Positions 50,334 to 58,380 of a stretch of 64,000 bases of DNA are shown one piece after another. This stretch comes from Candidatus Kaiserbacteria bacterium RIFOXYB1_FULL_46_14. Its GTDB lineage: Bacteria > Patescibacteriota > Minisyncoccia > Phycocordibacterales > UBA918. Each line of letters starts with the position of its first letter. Positions within the stretch are counted from its first letter, which is position 1. Under the pieces are notes generated by a model. It was not told the DNA's origin. It saw nothing but the letters and a program-made list of their open reading frames with translations, and searched no databases. The stretch is taken from the NCBI GenBank assembly GCA_001783525.1, contig MFMS01000004.1, forward strand, positions 28,741-92,740, in the 5' to 3' direction. The translations under genes were made by a program, and so were the position numbers.

Positions 50334-50684
50334 TTAAAACTTCAGACCGCCAGCGCGCGCTGCATCAGCCAAAGCGGCAATCGCTCCCTGATAGAGGAAG
50401 CCACCACGATCGAATACAATAGTCTCGATTCCTTGCTTCTTGGCTTCAGTGGCGATTTTCTCGCCGATTGCCTTAGCTCGCTCTAGTGGTACGCCTTTTT
50501 CTTTGCGAGTATCAGTGGCAAAGAGAGTGCGATTCGCACTATCGTCGATCAACTGAGCATACAGAGCGACATTGCTCTTGAATACCGCCAAGCGAGGCTT
50601 GATGGCTGTACCGATAACACGAGCACGGATGCGTCGATGGCGCATTGTGCGACGTTCGGTTTTGATTTGAGTTTTGGTTTTCAT
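50334..50684 (-). CDS. rplR: Ribosomal protein L18
   Basis: L18 family match in the expected operon context. Confidence 0.9.
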   Translation of the reverse strand: MKTKTQIKTERRTMRHRRIRARVIGTAIKPRLAVFKSNVALYAQLIDDSANRTLFATDTRKEKGVPLERAKAIGEKIATEAKKQGIETIVFDRGGFLYQGAIAALADAARAGGLKF

Positions 50685-50702
50685 ATTCTAATGATTACCG
50701 GC

Positions 50703-51230
50703 TTAAACCGCCTTCTTACCCTGCTTGCGAATAATATATTCGCCCTTATAACGAATACCCTTGCCCTTGTATGGCTCAGGCTTTTTGATCTTTCGGACAT
50801 TTGCGGCGAACTGGCCAACTATTTCCTTGTCAGTACCACTGATTGTAACTACGTTTTTCTCCACAGTTACAGTGATGCCTTCAGGAATTGGCAATTCAAC
50901 CGGGTGTGAGAAGCCCATCATAAGAGCAAGTTTAGTGCCCTTAAGCTCGGCTCGATAACCCACACCTTCGATCTCAAGAATCTTCTTGAAACCATCGGTC
51001 ACACCAGCGATCATATTGCGACAATGAGCGGCGTAAGTGCCCCAAAGCGCCGCCGCTCCTTCGTTCTCCGGAGAGAGAATGATGCTACCATCCTCTATTT
51101 TGACCGACACGATCGGCTTAATAGCACGCGATAGAACAGCGTTCCCTTTCTTTACGGTGAGGACACCGTCGGTGAAGACGGCTTCGACTCCCGTAGGTAA
51201 TTTAATTGGTTGTTTTGCTAGACGACTCAT
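50703..51230 (-). CDS. rplF: Ribosomal protein L6
   Basis: Two L6 repeats in the expected context. Confidence 0.9.
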   Translation of the reverse strand: MSRLAKQPIKLPTGVEAVFTDGVLTVKKGNAVLSRAIKPIVSVKIEDGSIILSPENEGAAALWGTYAAHCRNMIAGVTDGFKKILEIEGVGYRAELKGTKLALMMGFSHPVELPIPEGITVTVEKNVVTISGTDKEIVGQFAANVRKIKKPEPYKGKGIRYKGEYIIRKQGKKAV

Positions 51231-51236
51231 AAGCCT

Positions 51237-51623
51237 TTACCAAATCTTAAACAACTGCTCTCCGCCGACCTTGTTCTCGCGCGCTTCGCGATCGGTTAGG
51301 ATGCCCTTCGGCGTTGAAAGGATCAAATGACCCTTGCCGAATTTGACTGGATAAATTTCTTCGACCTTGGCATAGAGACGACGACCCGGCTTCGATACAC
51401 GAGCCACGTCGCTGATAACATGCTTACCTCCTTCGTATTTAAGACCAACAATGAGGTTTTGTTTAAAACCCTTGCCTTCTACTTCAACCGAAGAAACATA
51501 GCCAACCTCGTGTAGTTTGTTGGCAACTGCCTCTTTTAGGCGAGAGTGTGGCAAAGACACTGTTTCGTGTCCGACTGCGCCGGCGTTCTTAAGCCGGATG
51601 ATGAAATCTCCTATCGTATCCAT
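51237..51623 (-). CDS. rpsH: Ribosomal protein S8
   Basis: S8 family match in the expected context. Confidence 0.9.
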   Translation of the reverse strand: MDTIGDFIIRLKNAGAVGHETVSLPHSRLKEAVANKLHEVGYVSSVEVEGKGFKQNLIVGLKYEGGKHVISDVARVSKPGRRLYAKVEEIYPVKFGKGHLILSTPKGILTDREARENKVGGEQLFKIW

Positions 51624-51633
51624 AACTTAAGAA

Positions 51634-51819
51634 TTACCAGCTCGACTTTTTAACGCCAGGAATAAAGCCTTCGTGTGCATGCTCACGGAAACAAATACGG
51701 CAGAGATCGAAATCTCGCATAAAGCCGTGCTTACGTCCGCATTGCGCACAACGACGCACTACCCGACTCTTGTACTTTGGAGTACGCGTTGCGCGTACTT
51801 TTACTGATGTTCGAGCCAT
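51634..51819 (-). CDS. rpsZ: Ribosomal protein S14, type Z (zinc-binding)
   Basis: A 61-aa protein with CxxC...CxxC. Confidence 0.9.
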   Translation of the reverse strand: MARTSVKVRATRTPKYKSRVVRRCAQCGRKHGFMRDFDLCRICFREHAHEGFIPGVKKSSW

Positions 51820-52164
51820 TTATCTGGTACAAAATTGCGAGCCTCAAAAACGGTGAAAAACACTTATTTTGAGGGTCGAGGCGGTATCAGCTAGATGTGC
51901 TGACCTACCTCGCTAATAAATTTATGCAGGACCGCCTTTAGGGGCATCTATACAGTCCTTCACAACGTCGCCAAGATTACCAGAATTTGCGAGAAAGTCA
52001 AAGAAAAAGGCGCAGGCCTTTGGCCCGCGCCTTTTTCTCGAAAACTTTCTAAATCAGATGCAATTGTGCCGGTTGGAGGAAATTTTGCGAGAGAGCCCTA
52101 GATTGAACTAAGGTGACCGAGCAAAATTTCCGAAACCGGTGCAAGTGCGCTGATTTTGAGAGTT

Positions 52165-52959
52165 TTACTGTATTTCGTAAGTAATGTTGACGATAGTCTT
52201 GATAGTATTTTCTCCTGTTGGAAGCTCCGGTGAAACGGCCTTTACCTCACTAGACATCATGGCATCGCCGCCCATACCATAATATGGAGACGAGTTATTT
52301 TCTTCCTCATAGTAACCCATCATTCGGACGATCTTGACGCCAAGACTATCTGCTAGCTTGTTAGCCTTCTCCTTTGCATCGGCAATAGCGGCTTCGCGTG
52401 CTTCTGCCTTCAGATTAGACTCGTCGTCGATAGTGAACTGAAGCTGGCTCAAATTGGTAGCGCCACGCTCACCAGCGCCGGTAATAAGATCACCGGCCTT
52501 GTCTAGGTCTCGTACTTTCACCTCGACTGTCTGTGTCACCTCATAACCATCGATGACCTGGTTGCCCGGAGGACAGTACATACCCATCGCACAATCGACT
52601 GCCTCATAGCGGTACTTAGGGTTAAGGAAATAGTCACGGTTCTTGATATCCTTTTCCTCTACTCCTGATTCTTTAAGAAAAGTGAGGATCGAGTTGATCT
52701 TTTCCGCGGAATCCTTTTGCGCAGTTGCGGCGTCAGCACCTTCGGCTGTTACCGAAAATGAAAATGATCCAATATCAGGCTTGGCATTCACTTCTCCCTC
52801 GCCACGTACGTTGATAGAAGTCATTCCGTACTGACCGTACTTTGCCTCACGAAGAGTGAGTTTGGTGTAGGCAGAGAGCGACATAACAACGCCGATCATT
52901 GCAATGATCAGAAGTACACGCACATACCAAAGTGATAAAAATGGTTGATTCGTATCCAT
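52165..52959 (-). CDS. SIMPL-domain (DUF541/YggE-like) secreted protein
   Basis: N-terminal TM segment and a SIMPL two-lobed repeat pattern. Confidence 0.65.
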   Translation of the reverse strand: MDTNQPFLSLWYVRVLLIIAMIGVVMSLSAYTKLTLREAKYGQYGMTSINVRGEGEVNAKPDIGSFSFSVTAEGADAATAQKDSAEKINSILTFLKESGVEEKDIKNRDYFLNPKYRYEAVDCAMGMYCPPGNQVIDGYEVTQTVEVKVRDLDKAGDLITGAGERGATNLSQLQFTIDDESNLKAEAREAAIADAKEKANKLADSLGVKIVRMMGYYEEENNSSPYYGMGGDAMMSSEVKAVSPELPTGENTIKTIVNITYEIQ

Positions 52960-52975
52960 ATCTATTAGTGATCTA

Positions 52976-53938
52976 TTAATTAATAAGACTATTGTACAGC
53001 ATCCGTGGCACTACCATCAAACGACCGAATATGCCTTGTTCACAGGCATTTTTGAAACCAGCACGATCCTCATCTGTCAGAGCTGGTGGGTCTGTCTGAC
53101 CTCCCATTAGGTAATACATAACGGAAGAAGGGTTCTCTACATGATCGATAGCCAAGGAATGACCCAACTCGTGCGCTAGCACCAGCACCAACTCGCGATG
53201 ATCAGTAAATGTATAAACGTTTATCTGACGAGAACGATAGTCACCCTGTGTGTACTCTTCATCATCAGCAAAAGTGTCGTTAAATTGATACACCCTCGTG
53301 TTGTACACATCAATCAAGGCATTCCCCTTCTCTCCAATTTCATTTACACGCACTGACAAACCGTTGAGTTCCTCACTCAACTTATTTATTTCAAGGCGCT
53401 CAGCGTCGAGTTCATTGCGAGTCTTTTCTAGAGACTCGTAAACATCGGGTGGCGCACCACCATCTTTGTTGTAACGTTCCACCTCGGCGTTGTAGGCACT
53501 CAGTCTATTTTCATAAGCAACTCGTCTCTCTTCATAAACAATCTCATGAGAGCGATACTCAGCGACCAACTGCCGATGGAGTTCCACTAGCACCGTATTG
53601 GCTTCGCCACGGGTTTCCAAGTCGTCCTTGGCCCGTTCAGTCGCTTCGGCCTGACGCTGTCGCTCATCATAAATAAAGTTTATTTGGAGTTTGGAGTCTT
53701 CCTCGTAAACAAACAAATCATCGCGACCGATCGCACTCTCCCAGATCGCCTCCGCCTCCGTAAGGGCAAGGCGAGCCTCACTCTCACTGATACCAAAACG
53801 TTCATCAAACTGCCCTATTGTATAAGAGACGGGCATACGGCAAGCAAGGCCGCGTGAACCAAACCACCAATTACCCGCAAAGAGAAGCGAGATGATAAGT
53901 AAGGCCATGTAAATACCGCGCATCGAAAAATTATACAT
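52976..53938 (-). CDS. Membrane-anchored matrixin-like metzincin metalloprotease. The ORF track extends to 54112, but the probable start is 53938.
   Basis: HELGHSLAIDH (HExxHxxGxxH), a Met-turn SVMYY, an N-terminal TM segment, and a central coiled coil. A terminator at 53953-53981 separates it from the upstream gene. Confidence 0.7.
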   Translation of the reverse strand: MYNFSMRGIYMALLIISLLFAGNWWFGSRGLACRMPVSYTIGQFDERFGISESEARLALTEAEAIWESAIGRDDLFVYEEDSKLQINFIYDERQRQAEATERAKDDLETRGEANTVLVELHRQLVAEYRSHEIVYEERRVAYENRLSAYNAEVERYNKDGGAPPDVYESLEKTRNELDAERLEINKLSEELNGLSVRVNEIGEKGNALIDVYNTRVYQFNDTFADDEEYTQGDYRSRQINVYTFTDHRELVLVLAHELGHSLAIDHVENPSSVMYYLMGGQTDPPALTDEDRAGFKNACEQGIFGRLMVVPRMLYNSLIN

Positions 53939-53952
53939 TAGTTCGTCAAACG

Positions 53953-53981
53953 AACGGCCGGCCCCGAAGGGGCCGGCCGTT
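53953..53981. terminator. Terminator after the rhodanese gene
   Basis: Stem aacggccggcccc, loop gaa, stem ggggccggccgtt. Confidence 0.75.
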
Positions 53982-53993
53982 TCAGAATTGTAA

Positions 53994-54614
53994 CTAACAA
54001 CCCAGATCACCCTCGATACACGGATTTGGTATAGCTCCCCCTTTTGGCGCACCCGGTTCTTTGCCACTAGTGACGTAATCTTGGAAGGTTGTGGTGTTCC
54101 ACTCATGTTCATGATTCCAAGAATTCCAGTCGTGTCGCCATTCGTACCAGCCGATATTGAGATGCTTTACGAACACATCATGCGAAGCCAACATCTCCCC
54201 CACCTTACGGCCAGTCATACAAGGCGTACTGTAACAATAGACAATCAAATCACGATCTCCATACTGCACTTTGAGTTCACGAAATGCGCCAACGATTCGC
54301 TCGATGTCTCCATAGGCCGAGGTGTACTTATCCTTATAGGCAGGAATATTTACTGCACCAACAATGTGTTCCTTTTCGTATTCTTCGGCCGAACGCAGGT
54401 CAACTAAGATGAAACTCTGGTCCCCCTTGTCCATTTTGCCGCGCAAACCGTGCGGGCTAACATGTACTGCGTTTTCGACGCGATAATATTCGGCGATCAA
54501 TTCCTCAGTCGTCGATGAGGTCTTAAGGAATTGCTGTCCAACATAGAATCCCAACGCACCTAGAATTAGACCCAACAAAAGCGCTCCCGCCCATTTATCT
54601 CTAAACATATACAT
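53994..54614 (-). CDS. Rhodanese-domain sulfurtransferase, membrane anchored
   Basis: An N-terminal TM segment followed by a rhodanese fold, with the active-site Cys in CYSTPCMTGR. Confidence 0.7.
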   Translation of the reverse strand: MYMFRDKWAGALLLGLILGALGFYVGQQFLKTSSTTEELIAEYYRVENAVHVSPHGLRGKMDKGDQSFILVDLRSAEEYEKEHIVGAVNIPAYKDKYTSAYGDIERIVGAFRELKVQYGDRDLIVYCYSTPCMTGRKVGEMLASHDVFVKHLNIGWYEWRHDWNSWNHEHEWNTTTFQDYVTSGKEPGAPKGGAIPNPCIEGDLGC

Positions 54615-54622
54615 ATTAACGA

Positions 54623-55009
54623 TTAGGCCAATTGCTTACCGGCATTTTTCGGAGCCAGATCGTAAAGTTTCTCTGGCGTGAAGACTAACACTCCGCACAA
54701 CTGTCGATCTGGGTGTTCTTCCTTCAGTTTATCGGCATGATGTCCAAAGCGGTCGCCTTCACTTTCATAGACAATAGTCCCTTTGACCTGAACTCCGTCA
54801 AAGCCTTTCCAAAAAGCCAAAGCGACTCGCGGATCTTGCCTGACATTGTTTCTGGTCTTATCCATAAAGCAGTCACAAATCACGATATGTTCCTCATCGA
54901 CAGTAACCATCGATAAAGGGATCACGTTCACCCCATCGTCGCCGTAAGTAGCGAGGACTTTATGATCAGAACCTCTAATGAATTCCACAATTTCGGCTGA
55001 CAGTTTCAT
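54623..55009 (-). CDS. Pyridoxamine 5'-phosphate oxidase-like FMN-binding protein
   Basis: Split-barrel family match (about 128 aa). Confidence 0.55.
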   Translation of the reverse strand: MKLSAEIVEFIRGSDHKVLATYGDDGVNVIPLSMVTVDEEHIVICDCFMDKTRNNVRQDPRVALAFWKGFDGVQVKGTIVYESEGDRFGHHADKLKEEHPDRQLCGVLVFTPEKLYDLAPKNAGKQLA

Positions 55010-55066
55010 ACGCTGTGTTAATATATTGATGAATATCTATATAATATATCGCATCGATAACCTTTT

Positions 55067-55387
55067 ATGCAACAAAAAACGGTAGGGACTCATAAGCGAC
55101 CAAAGTGGGTCAAAAGCGGTGAAGAGGAGCTCTGCCCTGAGTGTTTTAAGGCAGTTGGTGATAAAAACCGCTATAAGTTGATCTGTCTCTTAGGAAGTTC
55201 CACTGAAGGAATGAACGTCGGGGCGATGACAAAAAAACTCAAACTAACCCAGCCGACCGTAACACACCACCTAAACATCCTGCGTGAGGTGAACGCCGTT
55301 AATAGAGAAGAGCGTGGCCGCGAGCGTATTTATCGACTAAACCGCTCTGCTCACTGCTTCGAAGACTGCCAGATCCCTTATAATTAA
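55067..55387 (+). CDS. ArsR/SmtB-family transcriptional regulator
   Basis: Winged HTH: MTKKLKLTQPTVTHHLNILREVN. Confidence 0.65.
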   Translation: MQQKTVGTHKRPKWVKSGEEELCPECFKAVGDKNRYKLICLLGSSTEGMNVGAMTKKLKLTQPTVTHHLNILREVNAVNREERGRERIYRLNRSAHCFEDCQIPYN

Positions 55388-55398
55388 AACTTAAATTT

Positions 55399-55920
55399 AT
55401 GGACGCCCTACAAACCATTCTAAACAGGCACAGCGTGAGAGACTGGTCGGACAAAGATGTCCCTGCTGATATCCTGTCTCAAATCCTCGAAGCAGGAAGA
55501 CGCTCTCCTAGTCCTCTCAATTCGCAACCTTGGCATTTTATAGTTGTACAAAATCAAGACACCATAGAAAAGCTGATGGGGTACGCGAAACATGGTTCAT
55601 TTCTCTCTCGAGCCGCCGCCGTGATTGTGGTTACAATAGAAAAACCTGTTGAGATCGACAAGTGGTTAGATGAGCATGAACAATATCTTTTCAGTGGTGC
55701 CGCGGCCTTGTATAACATGTGGCTAGCTTCGTCGGCGCTCGGACTAGGGTCATGCTGGGTGACTATGGATGAACAAAAGACCGAGGAAATATTATCCATT
55801 CCATCAAGTCAAAAGATAATCGGGAGCCTAGCAACAGGATACCCAAAGACGGACGTTCTCCACATTGCACCAAAGAAGACCCTGGAGGAGGTAGTATCTT
55901 ATGAAAAATACGGACACTAA
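55399..55920 (+). CDS. Nitroreductase family protein
   Basis: RHSVRDW and PSPLNSQPWHF. Confidence 0.75.
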   Translation: MDALQTILNRHSVRDWSDKDVPADILSQILEAGRRSPSPLNSQPWHFIVVQNQDTIEKLMGYAKHGSFLSRAAAVIVVTIEKPVEIDKWLDEHEQYLFSGAAALYNMWLASSALGLGSCWVTMDEQKTEEILSIPSSQKIIGSLATGYPKTDVLHIAPKKTLEEVVSYEKYGH

Positions 55921-55927
55921 TTAACTT

Positions 55928-56890
55928 ATGAAGATTTTTGTAACAAGACAGATTCCAGAAGTTGGGCTTTTGAAGCTTAAAGATGTTGGTCACGAAGTTG
56001 TTATTGCTGGAGGCGAAGTACTCCCTCACGAAGTCCTCATCGAGAGACTAAAGGCAGAAAATCCTGACGCCGTACTTAGTCTTTTGACCGACAAAATTGA
56101 TCAGACGGTTTTTGACGCGGCACCAAACGCTAAAATTTTTGCAAATTACGCAGTGGGCTTTGACAACATTGACCTAGAAGCGGCCAAGCAACACGGCGTT
56201 GTTATAACCAACACCCCAGAAGTTTTGACTGAGGCGGTGGCAGAACACACCGTTGCTCTTATCATCTCGCTAGCAAGACGAATTGTGGAAGCTGATCAAT
56301 TTTTGCGTGACGGGAAGTACGAAGCTTGGGGTCCACTGCTTCTCCTTGGTATGGAATTAAAGGGTAAGACTCTTGGAATTATCGGTGGCGGCCGGATCGG
56401 AAGACGAGTGGCCGAGATAATGCAGAAGGGATTTGGAATGGAGATCGTCTATCACGATCGGAAGAATAACGAGGCCTTCGACAATGAACTTAACGCCAAG
56501 TACGCGCCCGAACTTGATGACCTACTTTCTCAATCAGACGTAATAAGTATTCATTTGCCACTTACCCCAGACACGCAACACTTATTTAACCAGGAACTTT
56601 TGGCGAAGGTGAAGCCCGGGTCTTTACTCATCAATACCGCGCGGGGCAAAATCATCGATGAGGAAGCCCTTGCAGGCGCTCTCCAGTCCGGACTCCTTTC
56701 TGGCGCGGCACTAGACGTGTTTGAGAACGAGCCAACGGTAAACTCCAAGCTTTTGGCTCTAGACAACGTGATTGTGACACCACACATTGCTTCAGCGACC
56801 CGCGAGGCCCGTGATCAAATGAGTGTCGTGGCCGCCGATAATATCCTAGCGGTATTAAACGGGGAGCCGCCGAAGAATCCCGTAGTGTGA
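55928..56890 (+). CDS. D-isomer-specific 2-hydroxyacid dehydrogenase
   Basis: GIIGGGRIGRRVA, and the catalytic R/E/H triad regions. Confidence 0.8.
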   Translation: MKIFVTRQIPEVGLLKLKDVGHEVVIAGGEVLPHEVLIERLKAENPDAVLSLLTDKIDQTVFDAAPNAKIFANYAVGFDNIDLEAAKQHGVVITNTPEVLTEAVAEHTVALIISLARRIVEADQFLRDGKYEAWGPLLLLGMELKGKTLGIIGGGRIGRRVAEIMQKGFGMEIVYHDRKNNEAFDNELNAKYAPELDDLLSQSDVISIHLPLTPDTQHLFNQELLAKVKPGSLLINTARGKIIDEEALAGALQSGLLSGAALDVFENEPTVNSKLLALDNVIVTPHIASATREARDQMSVVAADNILAVLNGEPPKNPVV

Positions 56891-56902
56891 TAGATTATCG
56901 CT

Positions 56903-57427
56903 ATGAAGGATCTATCACCAATTGAGAAGCGCGCGCGTTCGATTACTGATTGGGTCGGATCGCCTGTCTCTGTCCTCGTGCACACCATCGTGTTTGCGGC
57001 CGCATTTTTACTATCTGCCTTTGGCATTTTGCCACTTGACCGGATGTTGCTGGTTTTGACTACCATCGTTTCTTTAGAAGCGATCTATCTCGCTATCTTC
57101 ATTCAAATGAGTGTGAATTTCCAGCGAGAAGCGATCGCAGAAGTGGAACAGGATCTAGAAGAGATTCAGGAGGATGTCGGGGAGATTCAAGAAGACATTG
57201 AGGATATTCAGGAAGACGTGGAGGAGATTGGTGAAGACGTCGGAGAATTGCAGGAAGATCTTGGAGAAATCCAAGAAGATGTGGAAGAGATCGGAGAGGA
57301 TCTGGAAGAGTCTGAAGCGGAAGAAGCCGCTGAAGAGAGGCATAAAAATGAACAAAAAGAAACGCTGCAAAACATTTACAACGCTCTCCAGCAACTAACT
57401 AACGACATCGAAAAACTGAAGAAGTAG
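56903..57427 (+). CDS. DUF1003-like membrane protein with an acidic heptad-repeat C-terminus
   Basis: Two TM segments and ..IFIQMSVNFQ. Seven EDVGEIQ-like repeats are encoded by 21-bp DNA repeats. Confidence 0.6.
   Translation: MKDLSPIEKRARSITDWVGSPVSVLVHTIVFAAAFLLSAFGILPLDRMLLVLTTIVSLEAIYLAIFIQMSVNFQREAIAEVEQDLEEIQEDVGEIQEDIEDIQEDVEEIGEDVGELQEDLGEIQEDVEEIGEDLEESEAEEAAEERHKNEQKETLQNIYNALQQLTNDIEKLKK
57160..57310 (+). repeat. Tandem repeat with a 21-bp period, about seven units, inside the CDS
   Basis: gaagacgtNgaggagattcag-like units recur with a 21-bp period. Confidence 0.7.
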
Positions 57428-57438
57428 GCAAAAAAACA

Positions 57439-57470
57439 AAAAGCGGCGGGCCTTTGGCCCGCCGCTTTTT
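57439..57470. terminator. Bidirectional terminator with a GGCCTTTGGCC core
   Basis: Stem aaaagcggcgggcc, loop tttg, stem gcccgccgctttt. Confidence 0.75.
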
Positions 57471-57480
57471 GTTACATAAT

Positions 57481-58212
57481 TTAAAACTCAATCGTCAGTG
57501 CTTTATGATCAGAAGCGATGTCGTCCAAAACCTGAAAATTTTTTACTTCGATATCTGGACTGGTGAAGATGTAGTCACACGCTTCAGTTTTGTGGGTTAG
57601 TGGAGTGCGAGTGGTCAAAACACCTCTCTCTTTCACATGGTTAACTAACACTTCATTAATCAGTCCGATAGAGGGACTATCTGGCACCAAGTTGAAGTCT
57701 CCACAAAGTACGACACTACCTTCTAACTTTTTTACATAATCAGCGATCATGCCGCACTGGCGCAAGGTCTCATCATCGCCGTTTTTGTGCGAAGGTAGAT
57801 GATAACCATGATGATTCAAGATATTAAGCGGGCCACTCTCTGTATCTACCACAGCGTGTTGTAAGGCGCGACCAGTGTTGTAGTCTGTCTCCTCCAGGTA
57901 ATCGAAATCAACCGTTGCTTCTTTGTAAGTATAGAGATCATTTGTCTCAACGAACGGAAAACGACTAACGATGGCGTTGCCCCACCCTGCCGTGCGATTC
58001 ATTAATTTGAAGTTGTGAGAAGCAGTATGATACGCATAGTTGTAACCAGCATCCTTCTGTAACTCTTCGAGATCCTCAAAGAAAAAGGTCGATCCACCAG
58101 GTACAGACACCACCTCCTGCAAGCACACAATGTCTGCCTGTTCACGCTCCAGTAAGCTAATTATTTGTTTATCTAGCTTACCTCCCCAAATATTGAGTTG
58201 CAGAATTTTCAT
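57481..58212 (-). CDS. Endonuclease/exonuclease/phosphatase (EEP) family protein
   Basis: ILQLNIWGG and CLQEV motifs. Confidence 0.7.
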   Translation of the reverse strand: MKILQLNIWGGKLDKQIISLLEREQADIVCLQEVVSVPGGSTFFFEDLEELQKDAGYNYAYHTASHNFKLMNRTAGWGNAIVSRFPFVETNDLYTYKEATVDFDYLEETDYNTGRALQHAVVDTESGPLNILNHHGYHLPSHKNGDDETLRQCGMIADYVKKLEGSVVLCGDFNLVPDSPSIGLINEVLVNHVKERGVLTTRTPLTHKTEACDYIFTSPDIEVKNFQVLDDIASDHKALTIEF

Positions 58213-58241
58213 AACGGTATGTTTTATTTTGCGCGCCCCTT

Positions 58242-58380
58242 AAAAACTTACAAAATGAGATGGAGTTGCGTTCGCTGGAGGGAAGACTGCGCCGGAACCG
58301 TATATGGACATACGGTGACAAGTAGTCAGACCGAAGCGTATGCAAATCCGCTCATTTTGCGCTTTATCTCGTAAGTTTTT
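58242..58380. repeat. MITE-like element, copy C, whose right inverted repeat overlaps the nrdA stop codon
   Basis: AAAAACTTACAAAATGAG ... CTCATTTTG(cgctttatctc)GTAAGTTTTT. The cores aaatgagatggagttgcgttcgctggagg and ccgtatatggacatacggtga are shared with copies B and A. Confidence 0.7.
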
